DNA of 64,000 bases, from positions 8,520 to 72,519 of the forward strand of contig JASEJQ010000003.1 in the NCBI GenBank assembly GCA_030016635.1. Direction: 5' to 3'. Positions 29,729 to 38,523 of this stretch are shown in pieces. The number at the start of each line of letters is the position of its first letter. Position 1 is the first letter of the stretch. Made by a program: the position numbers and the translations under genes. The notes beneath the pieces were generated by a model. It was not told the origin of the DNA and did not search any database. It saw only the letters and a program-made list of their open reading frames with translations. Origin of the DNA: Thermoanaerobacteraceae bacterium (lineage in GTDB: Bacteria > Bacillota > Thermoanaerobacteria > Thermoanaerobacterales > UBA4877).

Positions 29729-30907
29729 TTATATGATATTTAACCTTTTACCGACCCTTTCAAATGCCTTTAGTGCAAAGTCAAGATCCTCTTTTGTATG
29801 GTCAGCAGTAACTATTGTCCTGACCCTGGCTCTCCCCATAGGCACAGTAGGATATACTATGCTCTGGGCAAAAACCCCCTCTTCAAAAAGATTGTCGCTC
29901 AGAGCATTTGCCAGCTTGCTGTCGCCTACAATGACAGGTGTAATTGGGGTCTCACTATTTCCTGTATTAAAGCCCATCTCTTTAAGCGCTGCCTTAAAAT
30001 ACCTGGTGTTGTCCCAAAGCTTGTCTGTGTATGATGTATCTGACGAGAGGATATCTATGGCAGCTATACAGGCTGCAGCAACTCCCGGTGTAGGAGCAGT
30101 GCTGAAAAGCAGCGGCCTGCCCCTCTGAATAAGGTAATCTTTCAGTTCCTTCCTGCCTGCCACATATCCGCCGACCACACCGATGGCCTTTGATAATGTA
30201 CCTATCTGAACATCAACCCTGCCGTGAAGATTAAAGTGGTCAACAGAGCCTCTTCCGCTTCTTCCCAGCACACCGCTGGCATGGGCGTCGTCTACATATG
30301 TTATGGCACCATATTTTTCAGCAAGCTCAACAATCTCAGGAAGCCTGGCTATGTCGCCGTCCATGCTGAATACTCCGTCCGTTATAATCATCTTATGATT
30401 GTAGCCGGTACAGGACTTTAAGACCTCCTCTAAGTCCTTCATGTCACTGTGCTTATACCGTTTGACCTCTGCCTTGCTAAGTCTGCAGCCGTCAATTATG
30501 CTTGCATGGTTCAGCTCATCGGATATTATGACATCCCCTTCATCTACAAGCGCAGGTATAGTTCCCATGTTTGCAGTAAATCCTGACTGAAAGACAAGCA
30601 CCGCTTCTGCTCCTTTAAACTCAGCCAGTTTTCTCTCCAGTTCTTCATGGATGCTCATATTGCCTATGATGGTCCTTACCGCGCCTGCACCTGCCCCATA
30701 TTTCTTTGTGGCTTCAATAGCAGCCTCTTTTAGTTTGGGGTGATTGGCCAGGCCGAGGTAGTTGTTTGACGACAGGTTTATGACCTCTTTGCCGTTTATG
30801 ACTGCTCTGGCACCCTGAGGGCTGCCCAACACCTTCAGGTCATGATAAAGGCCTTGTTCTTTTAGCTCAGCAATCCTTTCCTTTAAAAATTCAAGCTGGT
30901 TTGCCAT
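29729..30907 (-). CDS. kbl: Glycine C-acetyltransferase (2-amino-3-ketobutyrate CoA ligase)
   Basis: PLP-dependent alpha-oxoamine synthase family with Lys motif GTLSKAIG. Start set at [10 protein letters not shown] (GGGAGGGA SD). Confidence 0.9.
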   Translation of the reverse strand: MANQLEFLKERIAELKEQGLYHDLKVLGSPQGARAVINGKEVINLSSNNYLGLANHPKLKEAAIEATKKYGAGAGAVRTIIGNMSIHEELERKLAEFKGAEAVLVFQSGFTANMGTIPALVDEGDVIISDELNHASIIDGCRLSKAEVKRYKHSDMKDLEEVLKSCTGYNHKMIITDGVFSMDGDIARLPEIVELAEKYGAITYVDDAHASGVLGRSGRGSVDHFNLHGRVDVQIGTLSKAIGVVGGYVAGRKELKDYLIQRGRPLLFSTAPTPGVAAACIAAIDILSSDTSYTDKLWDNTRYFKAALKEMGFNTGNSETPITPVIVGDSKLANALSDNLFEEGVFAQSIVYPTVPMGRARVRTIVTADHTKEDLDFALKAFERVGKRLNII

Positions 30908-30936
30908 ATGTATCCCTCCCTGATTATAATTTTGAT

Positions 30937-31160
30937 TCCAGTACATAACCTATAAAGCATGGCATATAACATACAAAGGCAGCCTTAAAGCGAGTCTATG
31001 ATACTCTTAATGAGTGGCAAATGTAGCCGGGGCATCCGGCATGGACGCCACATGGAGGCGTACCCGGCGAAATGCAGACACGAATCGTAGAGTATCAAGA
31101 TGAACGCTCAGGTACCAGGATGTTATTGAAATGCATGAAGTGCTTAATGCACCTGAAACC
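30937..31160 (-). repeat. Structured intergenic repeat, copy E (short core), between tdh and kbl
   Basis: Plus strand: GGCATATAACATACAAAGGCAGCCTTAAAGCGAGTCTATGATACTCTTAATGAGTGGC..., then the core at 31026-31068 GCCGGGGCATCCGGCATGGACGCCACATGGAGGCGTACCCGGC. Confidence 0.8.
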
Positions 31161-31182
31161 AATATTAATTATAGTATTAACT

Positions 31183-32223
31183 CTATGGTATCAGTACCAC
31201 CTTGCCGCAATTTCCCTCTACCATAAGGTCCAATCCCTTTTTATAGTCCTCCAGTGGCAATCTATGGGTGATGATAGGAGAAACATCAATCTTGCCCGAA
31301 TCCAGCAGCGCCCTGACTGTATACCATGTCTCCCAGAGCTTTCTCCCGGTAACGCCAATTATAGTTATTCCCTTAAAGACCATGTCATTGCCCCAGTCAA
31401 ATGTGATATTGCCGTCCGGCACACCTAAGGCTACAAGCACACCACCTGAACGCAGTGCCTTTAAAGATTGGTTTATAGCTGTATTGTTGCCAGACATCTC
31501 CAGGACAACATCTACACCTATCCCCCCTGTAACCTTATGAATCTCTGAAATTACATCCTGCTTTGCTGGATTTATAGCCAGATCAGAGCCCATCTTAACA
31601 GATAAATCCCTTCTGTACTCATTTACCTCACTGGTAAATACCGCAACAGCTCCAGCTGCTTTTGCCACCTGTATGGCTAAAAGTCCTATAGGCCCGCAAC
31701 CAGTTATTAAAACCGTTTTCCCAACCAGGTCAGTGGACAGTGCTGTATGAACCGCATTACCCAGGGGTTCCTGTATAGATGCTACATCTGCAGGAAGTGA
31801 TGGGTCATTCTTCCATGCGTTTACTGCCGGTATCCTTACATATTCTGCAAAACAGCCGTCCATATCTACGCCCAGTATAGAAAGGTCCTGGCAAACATCG
31901 GCATGGCCAGTCCTGCACTGGTAGCATTTCCCACATACCACGTGGGTCTCTGCAGATACATAATCACCTATTTTTATATCGTCAACATCTTTGCCTACCT
32001 CAACCACTTCGCCGCTAAACTCATGACCCATGGTCTGAGGTGGGTTTATCTTGGCCTTTGCCCAGTCATTCCATACATATATGTGGGCATCGGTACCGCA
32101 TATAGAAGTAGCCTTTACTCTTACCAGTATATCCTTTGGACCAGGCTCCGGTACTGCAATCTCCACCAGGTCTGCTCCAGGGGCTGGTGTCAGTTTTCTC
32201 ACAGCCTTCATGGTTCCCTTCAT
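31183..32223 (-). CDS. tdh: L-threonine 3-dehydrogenase (zinc-dependent MDR family)
   Basis: 346 aa with GHEFSGEV and a structural zinc Cys cluster CGKCYQC. Sits upstream of kbl. Confidence 0.9.
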   Translation of the reverse strand: MKGTMKAVRKLTPAPGADLVEIAVPEPGPKDILVRVKATSICGTDAHIYVWNDWAKAKINPPQTMGHEFSGEVVEVGKDVDDIKIGDYVSAETHVVCGKCYQCRTGHADVCQDLSILGVDMDGCFAEYVRIPAVNAWKNDPSLPADVASIQEPLGNAVHTALSTDLVGKTVLITGCGPIGLLAIQVAKAAGAVAVFTSEVNEYRRDLSVKMGSDLAINPAKQDVISEIHKVTGGIGVDVVLEMSGNNTAINQSLKALRSGGVLVALGVPDGNITFDWGNDMVFKGITIIGVTGRKLWETWYTVRALLDSGKIDVSPIITHRLPLEDYKKGLDLMVEGNCGKVVLIP

Positions 32224-32289
32224 TTAATCCACCCCATATATTATATTTTATTCTACCCTTATTTTAAACCTTTTAAAAATTTATGTAAA

Positions 32290-32328
32290 GACAAAAATGC
32301 TGCTTTTGTCCGCACTATATGGACAAAA
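32290..32328. promoter_or_regulatory. Triple GACAAAA/TTTTGTC repeat upstream of tdh (possible operator)
   Basis: GACAAAA (32290-32296), TTTTGTC (32304-32310) and GGACAAAA (32321-32328) form two overlapping inverted repeats 70-105 nt upstream of the tdh ATG. Confidence 0.3.
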
Positions 32329-32336
32329 ATATTATG

Positions 32337-32367
32337 AAAAAACGGCTTGAAAACAAGCCGTTTTTTT
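32337..32367. terminator. Terminator downstream of OppA-like paralog 2
   Basis: AAAAAACGGCTTG-aaaa-CAAGCCGTTTTTT, a perfect 13-bp stem with T-runs on both strands. Confidence 0.85.
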
Positions 32368-32391
32368 GTAGAACCTTACTTGCAGTTCTTA

Positions 32392-34038
32392 TTACTCCGC
32401 AAAATATGCATGATGGAAATATATATATCCAAGCGGGTCAACAACATAACCCTGCAGCTTCGGGTCAACAATCACATAGTTGATATAGAAGTATATGGGC
32501 ATCACCACAGCATCATCCATAAGTATATCTTCAGCCTTGTGGAGATACTGCATCCTCTCTTCAGGTGTCTTTGCAGTCTTAGACTTCTTTATCATTTCAT
32601 CAAACTGAGGATTGGAATACTGTGCGTCATTATTGCCCATACCAGTCTGCAGCATATCCAGGAATCCCATGGGGTCTATATAGTCGGATACCCAGCCCCA
32701 TCTGGCTATTTGATAATCATGGGTCTGCCTCCTGGTAGCCAAAAATACCTGCCATTCCTGATTGGCTATTTTAACATCTACGCCCAGATTTTGTTTCCAC
32801 ATCTCCTGAAGCGCTTCTGCTATGGCCTTGTGGCTCTCGCTGGTATTGTAAAGCAGCGTTACTTCAGGCAGGCCTTTGCCATCAGGATAACCTGCTTCGG
32901 CAAGGAGTTTTTTAGCCTCCTCAATATTTGCCTTTGTCGGGTCAAAGTAGTCGCCGCCTACTTTCCTGAAGTCTTCACCCGGCTTTGCATCAGGCATGCC
33001 ATATGGTACCCATGCCGCTGCTAATGGCTGACCACCTTTTACTATCTGGTCTACTATAGCCTTCCTGTCTATAGCCAGAGAAAATGCCTTCCTTACCTTC
33101 GGGTTATCAAACGGCGCCCTCTTTGTATTAAATACATATGCATAGGTAGAGAGGAGCGGATATTCCTTGAGCACACCCTCCTGCTTTAATCTTTCCAGCT
33201 CTGTGGAAGGTGGATTATCGCCAAAATCCAGTGCTCCTGTCTCAAATGTGGAAAGTTCAGTAGCAGCTTCAGAAATCATTGTAAATACAAGTTTATCAGG
33301 CTTTATATCATTAGCATTCCAGTAGTTCTCATTTTTTACCAATACTATGGAATCATTGTGGTTCCATTCAGCCAACTTAAAGGCACCGTTGCCTATATAG
33401 GTTTCAGGATTCTGTGCCCAGTCATCTGGATGGGCCTCTACGATGTCCTTTCTAACCGGCATATAGGTCATAAAGGCAAAAAGCTCCATAATAAACGGTG
33501 TAGGGTTCTCCAGTGTAACCTCTAAGGTCTTTTCATCAATTACTTTTATACCAAGGTCCTCTGCCTTTGCCTCTCCCAGATTGAATTTCTCAGCATTTTT
33601 GATGAAATAAAGCTGATAAGCATAGCTGGATGCGGTCTTCGGGTCTAAAGCCCTCGTCCATGCATAGGCAAAGTCTTCTGCAGTCACCGGTTTGCCGTCA
33701 GACCACTTTGCATCCCTTAAATGGAATGTGATCTTAAGCCCATCATCAGACATTTCCCATTTTTCTGCAATACCGGGTTTTGCCTTTGAGTTCTCATCCA
33801 GGGTGGTCAGACCTTCAAAGACGTGTAAAATAACCTCAGCCCCATCAAGAGCACTGTTGAGTGCAGGGTCTATAGTCTGTGGCTCTGTCCCCATGTTATA
33901 ACGTATGACCACCTCTTCTGGACTGCTGTTATTCTGTCCCTGGTTTTGCGGGCTTTGCTGCTGTCCGCCTGAGCTGCAGCCTGCGACCATTGATAATACC
34001 ATCAAAATGGCCAGGCCGATAGTCAAAATTCTCTTCAT
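32392..34038 (-). CDS. Peptide ABC transporter substrate-binding lipoprotein (OppA/DppA-like), paralog 2
   Basis: 548 aa, lipobox VAGCS. Collinear with paralog 1, for example the shared block EAKKLLAEAGYPDGKGLP. No transporter genes are adjacent. Confidence 0.9.
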   Translation of the reverse strand: MKRILTIGLAILMVLSMVAGCSSGGQQQSPQNQGQNNSSPEEVVIRYNMGTEPQTIDPALNSALDGAEVILHVFEGLTTLDENSKAKPGIAEKWEMSDDGLKITFHLRDAKWSDGKPVTAEDFAYAWTRALDPKTASSYAYQLYFIKNAEKFNLGEAKAEDLGIKVIDEKTLEVTLENPTPFIMELFAFMTYMPVRKDIVEAHPDDWAQNPETYIGNGAFKLAEWNHNDSIVLVKNENYWNANDIKPDKLVFTMISEAATELSTFETGALDFGDNPPSTELERLKQEGVLKEYPLLSTYAYVFNTKRAPFDNPKVRKAFSLAIDRKAIVDQIVKGGQPLAAAWVPYGMPDAKPGEDFRKVGGDYFDPTKANIEEAKKLLAEAGYPDGKGLPEVTLLYNTSESHKAIAEALQEMWKQNLGVDVKIANQEWQVFLATRRQTHDYQIARWGWVSDYIDPMGFLDMLQTGMGNNDAQYSNPQFDEMIKKSKTAKTPEERMQYLHKAEDILMDDAVVMPIYFYINYVIVDPKLQGYVVDPLGYIYFHHAYFAE

Positions 34039-34121
34039 TTGTCCCCCATTCCCTCCTTTTTATTTTTAAAGATAATATTATTCTACATTAAAACCCCTGT
34101 ATACACAACAGTTAAATTTAA

Positions 34122-35642
34122 CTACTTCTTAATTTCTTTCAATATCAGCAGTTTATCCCCCTCCTCAAGATTATCATCCGTCAATTCGTTTATTACCTTT
34201 ATCCGATCCACAGTAGTCCTGTACCTTTTAGCAACATCCCACAGAGTCTCGCCCTTTTCAGCCACATATATCGTAATGCCAGCCATCTCAGGCAGCGCTT
34301 CCCCTTCAACCTCTTCTACGGACGAAAGGTATGTGAGTTTATTCTCCCTGTAGGCCCTGAGATTGCAATCAATGGTGTACCTGACATCCACCGCGTTTCC
34401 ATTCAAGGTATATGACAGGTGTGATACATTAAACCTCACATCGATATTGTTATCCTTTCTAAGGTCATCTGCATCAACAACGTGCCTAAATGGAATCTCT
34501 ACCATGTCATATTTTATGCCTGACTCTGCTGCATAATATACGCTCATAGGAAGTACACCCTCTATGTATAGCTTATTATCGGAAAGTTCATATTCTCCCG
34601 GCTGGGCCTGGCCTTTTATTAAAAGAATATGTTGTGCATCATCTGACAACTCAACTGTCTCCTTAAGGCTAATCTGGCTCCCTGATCTGTATACCTCGTT
34701 CAATAATGTAAATCTCTCTATATTTCCCTTAAGATTCCTAGTAATGCTGTATGCGTCCTTAACTATCGTTTTTCCGTCTTCTTCAAATACCTTTACCCTA
34801 ACATCGAGTACAGCCTCAACGCTTATTGTACTGCTGTCTTTTGGCTCTGCACTGACCTCTTCAACAACGCACTCCACCTCAGGGTACATATAGGCTTGAA
34901 CATCGGCTACATCCACATAATGAGTAAAATTGATATCTGTGCTGTAAGAATCGTATTCTATATCCTCAGTGTCTTTCATATATATAACGTCTATATTTAG
35001 CGTACCCTCTACAAGGACCTTGTTATCCGAGATTTGTGGCTCAACTTTAGCTATAGCAGCAGAGACATACAATATATCGCGTATGCCCGCATCTTCTCCT
35101 GGACTTACATCTTCTCTTACAATTGTCTCCGACGAACCATCACCGGCAAGGAACTTTACCTTTATATCCTCCTTCTTGCTCATTGCATCATCCAGATCTA
35201 TTGCTGTAATGGCCTCTACTCTTTCTCTTTTACTTAAAAAGATATCCAGGTTAACCATATGCTTGAGTTGCAATTTTCTGCTGTTTAACACCTCATAATC
35301 GGTATGTTCCACATATCCCCTTACTTCTGCTTCGGCCTCCTCATCAACATCTGCAACATCAAAATAGTGGCTGAACTCTTTCACTGCTGTAATGCCGGCA
35401 ACAGGCCTGTCCGTCTGGGTAGTGGCATACAAAATACGGGACAGCATCCTTCCCTCCACAAGAACCCTCCCTGCTGTAACCTCGCTCCCGTCAATTATAA
35501 GTTCTGAATCAATGCCTATTATTTCCTCAACATCAGGCTTTACATCCGGTACAAGTATATCACCTGTCACCATTGTCTGCGTACTCAGTCTTCTTATCAG
35601 TCTATCCAGGTTAATTACATCCTTGATAACATCTATAGACAT
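34122..35642 (-). CDS. DUF3794-repeat protein with C-terminal LysM domain (spore-associated type)
   Basis: Start moved to MSIDVIKDV (GGGAGGGA SD). C-terminal LysM ITIYVAEKGETLWDVAKRYRTTVDRIKVINEL. Confidence 0.75.
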   Translation of the reverse strand: MSIDVIKDVINLDRLIRRLSTQTMVTGDILVPDVKPDVEEIIGIDSELIIDGSEVTAGRVLVEGRMLSRILYATTQTDRPVAGITAVKEFSHYFDVADVDEEAEAEVRGYVEHTDYEVLNSRKLQLKHMVNLDIFLSKRERVEAITAIDLDDAMSKKEDIKVKFLAGDGSSETIVREDVSPGEDAGIRDILYVSAAIAKVEPQISDNKVLVEGTLNIDVIYMKDTEDIEYDSYSTDINFTHYVDVADVQAYMYPEVECVVEEVSAEPKDSSTISVEAVLDVRVKVFEEDGKTIVKDAYSITRNLKGNIERFTLLNEVYRSGSQISLKETVELSDDAQHILLIKGQAQPGEYELSDNKLYIEGVLPMSVYYAAESGIKYDMVEIPFRHVVDADDLRKDNNIDVRFNVSHLSYTLNGNAVDVRYTIDCNLRAYRENKLTYLSSVEEVEGEALPEMAGITIYVAEKGETLWDVAKRYRTTVDRIKVINELTDDNLEEGDKLLILKEIKK

Positions 35643-35740
35643 AAAAATTCCCTCCCACGTATTTCTCATTAATATATAGATATAATGCATAGGAGGAAAA
35701 TATGATAAAAATTTAAAAAACCGAGCCTCAACCCGGTTTT

Positions 35741-36001
35741 TTAAACACACTTTTTATTTAAATTGCTGCACAGGCTAAGTTCTACGGTCTCAGTCAAAAT
35801 GTCGGAGTAGCTGTAAGAAATACGCCTAACGGAGTTATCCATTTCTATCTTAACTATAAAAATGCTGGGATAAGTCTCTTCAATAATTCCTTCTCTTACA
35901 ATAGTCTTCTTCCGTCCTCCGTTAGTCTTAAGTCTGACCCTTTCGCCAATATGCCTGTCGATGACCTTTTTAATCTCAACCAAGGCATTTTTATCAGGCA
36001 A
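35741..36001 (-). CDS. veg: Veg protein
   Basis: A TTG start at 35999-36001 (GAGGGGTGG SD 5 nt upstream) gives 86 aa. Motifs LKTNGGRKKT and ISYSYSDILTETVEL match the Veg family. Confidence 0.85.
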   Translation of the reverse strand: MPDKNALVEIKKVIDRHIGERVRLKTNGGRKKTIVREGIIEETYPSIFIVKIEMDNSVRRISYSYSDILTETVELSLCSNLNKKCV

Positions 36002-36182
36002 GTCTACCACCCCTCTACGTATCTTCATAAATATTTTAACATTTTGGGTGGTTATTGTCAAGGTTAATATTATATACCCATATAAAAAACTTGTCAATCG
36101 CCATTTATTAATATTTTTCCAGCATCTTCTTCTATAATTATAACAAATCTTTAATTATCTTTAATTTTTTACATATCTCATT

Positions 36183-37034
36183 TCATTTTTTATTGTATCC
36201 AGGCAACCCCTCTCTGTATTTGCCCCTGGTGTTGAGGCCTCCCATACCATCTTTGCCGGTAATAGTACTTTCAAGAACCTCCGAAGCATAAATAATGTTT
36301 TCTATATCAGTATACGCAATTTTTTCACATATAAGCACAGGGTCGAGGCAGTGTATAAGCACTCTCTGTGGCGAACTGGCATAATTTGCGCCTGCCTCCA
36401 TCAAAGCTTCATAGAATGACTGACATGCCCCTGCAACAATTACCAGGTCATCTAAGGACGGCTCATATTCTCTTGCGTTTTTAACAGCTTCAACAAAGTA
36501 CATGGAATTTTTGTAGTTTGCGGGGTCCAATCTATCTACCGCACCCTTTTTCATTGCATCATGCCCTGTTATCACCAGTATATCCGGCTTATACCTGGTT
36601 AATAGTTCCTTGACAACCTTTGGCTGCTTTTCTTCTTTTACCTCAACACCTACCACATCTATATTGAGTCCATGATAAACTTCAAGGCAGTCTTTTAAAT
36701 AGTCCAGGTCTCCGTCCAGATGAAGTACCCTGCCAGGTCTTTTCAATATATTATTCGTACTCCTGAAGCCATTATAATCCGAATTGGACTTTCTTTCTTT
36801 TTTTATTTGGATCATTATCTTTTCCAAAACATCATCGTAACATTTTGTAAACTGTTTTATCCTTGTTTTTTCTACAGGCACCAGATCGTCCTCATAGGCA
36901 TCCGCTTCTATCCTTACACATCTGCCCTTTATATTATATACTACTTTTCCTCCCTGATACCTGTAACCGCAAACCATAAAAAGTATATCATTGCCATAGG
37001 ATTTTCTTACAACCATGTCTCCAATCTTAAGCAT
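36183..37034 (-). CDS. yabG: Sporulation-specific peptidase YabG
   Basis: Start set at MLKIGDMVVRKSYGNDILF, as in the Bacillus YabG N-terminus, with GGGGGTG SD. The ORF track start at 37055 is the alternative. Confidence 0.85.
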   Translation of the reverse strand: MLKIGDMVVRKSYGNDILFMVCGYRYQGGKVVYNIKGRCVRIEADAYEDDLVPVEKTRIKQFTKCYDDVLEKIMIQIKKERKSNSDYNGFRSTNNILKRPGRVLHLDGDLDYLKDCLEVYHGLNIDVVGVEVKEEKQPKVVKELLTRYKPDILVITGHDAMKKGAVDRLDPANYKNSMYFVEAVKNAREYEPSLDDLVIVAGACQSFYEALMEAGANYASSPQRVLIHCLDPVLICEKIAYTDIENIIYASEVLESTITGKDGMGGLNTRGKYREGLPGYNKK

Positions 37035-37200
37035 GTTGTCTTGCACCCCCTTCATATATGCCTATGATATAATATGTAAATATATATTTTTACGTTCTTT
37101 TTCTAATCAGTTCAATTAATAGCATTACTGATGAATATTTTTCATAAAAGGAAAAATAATAACGATAAGTTTAAATGTACAAATAAAGGAGGTTACTAAC

Positions 37201-37755
37201 TTGAAGGCTACTGGCATTGTAAGAAGAATTGACGATCTGGGCAGGGTAGTAATACCCAAAGAAATAAGGCGCACCTTAAGAATCAGAGAGGGTGACCCCC
37301 TGGAAATATTCACTGATAGAGAAGGAGAAATCATACTGAAAAAATACTCACCCATAGGAGAACTGAGCGATTTTGCTCAGCAGTATTCTGACACCCTATA
37401 CCAATCAACGAAGCATACAGTACTGGTAACAGATGGAGATACAATCATAGCTGTTTCAGGTGGTGTCAAAAAAGATTATCTTGATAAACCTATAAGCCCA
37501 GAACTGGAAAAAATGATGGAGGTAAAAAAGACAGTAACTTTAGGAAAAGGAGGTGAAGGTAACACAATACCACTTTACGATGGAGAACCTGAAAAAACTG
37601 CCGTATCCCAGGTAATAACTCCCATTATCTCCAGAGGAGACTGCATTGGTGCTGTCATCATAACCAGCAAAGATGAAAACGTACAGCTCAACGAAACTGA
37701 TGTAAAGCTGGCAGAGACTGCAGCATCTTTCCTGGGTAAGCAGATGGAAGATTAA
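37201..37755 (+). CDS. spoVT: Stage V sporulation protein T (AbrB-family regulator)
   Basis: TTG start after AAAGGAGG. SpoVT/AbrB swapped-hairpin motif KATGIVRRIDDLGRVVIPKEIRRTLRI plus a GAF-like C-terminal domain. Confidence 0.95.
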   Translation: MKATGIVRRIDDLGRVVIPKEIRRTLRIREGDPLEIFTDREGEIILKKYSPIGELSDFAQQYSDTLYQSTKHTVLVTDGDTIIAVSGGVKKDYLDKPISPELEKMMEVKKTVTLGKGGEGNTIPLYDGEPEKTAVSQVITPIISRGDCIGAVIITSKDENVQLNETDVKLAETAASFLGKQMED

Positions 37756-37760
37756 ATTAT

Positions 37761-37786
37761 GACCCACCCTCTGGTGGGCCTTTTTA
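37761..37786 (+). terminator. Rho-independent terminator of spoVT
   Basis: CCCACC-ctct-GGTGGG followed by CCTTTTTAT. Confidence 0.7.
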
Positions 37787-37798
37787 TAAGCATTGGTA

Positions 37799-38404
37799 TT
37801 ATATATCCGAGAGGGTTAAAAAATTGAGGAGTATCCTCGCCGTAAGTCCCCAGATAACATAGTCATTGTATATATAGAAATGCTCTGGATACTGTGAAGT
37901 ACGCCATTTGTAATTGTCACCATTGGGAATAAGACGATAGGGAAAGTCTGCTGATGGCACTACTTTTACCGATACATAATATGTATTGGGTTTGTTCTTC
38001 ACGAAATAGTCCATCGGGACATAAAAGACTTCTTTTACCTCATCAGTATTTGGCCTGATAGCATCAGGGGTTAATATTTTGCCCACATAAGGATAAATTA
38101 TTAAATTAAAAGGTGTAATAACTACATCCAAAGGGGCTATTAGCTGTATATCATCGCGTGAAAGGCCAAGTTCTTCTATGGTCTCACGCACAGCCGTTTC
38201 CATGCTGTCCTGATCGCTCTCCTCCATACCGCCACCTGGAAAACTAATCTCTCCCGGCTGCCTCTTTATGGTGTCAGACCTGACCTCAAAAAGTATGTGG
38301 TCTACTCCGTCAATATTTACAATGGGTACAGTTACAGCTGATCTGAAATACCTATCATAATCCATGATTTTGGGCTTTCTGCCGGCCAACTTCATGTAGT
38401 CCAT
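37799..38404 (-). CDS. NUDIX hydrolase (CoA pyrophosphatase-like)
   Basis: Nudix box GGGMEESDQDSMETAVRETIEELGL. Confidence 0.85.
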   Translation of the reverse strand: MDYMKLAGRKPKIMDYDRYFRSAVTVPIVNIDGVDHILFEVRSDTIKRQPGEISFPGGGMEESDQDSMETAVRETIEELGLSRDDIQLIAPLDVVITPFNLIIYPYVGKILTPDAIRPNTDEVKEVFYVPMDYFVKNKPNTYYVSVKVVPSADFPYRLIPNGDNYKWRTSQYPEHFYIYNDYVIWGLTARILLNFLTLSDI

Positions 38405-38491
38405 ATAATACCCCCGATATTTATAATGTTACTATAATGGTATCATGAAGTTTTAATATATTCAATGGCCGTCTAATTTTCTACTAACTTG

Positions 38492-38520
38492 CAAAATAAT
38501 CCCCTCCAAAGAGGGGATTA
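38492..38520 (-). terminator. Terminator downstream of OppA-like paralog 3
   Basis: TAATCCCCTC-caaa-GAGGGGATTA followed on the minus strand by TTATTTTG. Confidence 0.7.
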
Positions 38521-38523
38521 TCA

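Noticed and set aside
32347-33024. Long antisense ORFs inside well-supported genes: 32347-33024 (+, 225 aa), 46037-46636 (+), 54785-55363 (+), 55537-56058 (+), 57178-57762 (+), 1361-1762 (+), 3690-4148 (+), 6175-6477 (-), 46-234 (+) and many others.
   Set aside because: They lie opposite to, or out of frame within, genes that have clear family motifs. They have low-complexity or Ser/Pro/Leu/Cys-rich composition, and no SD or recognisable domains. They are typical shadow ORFs.
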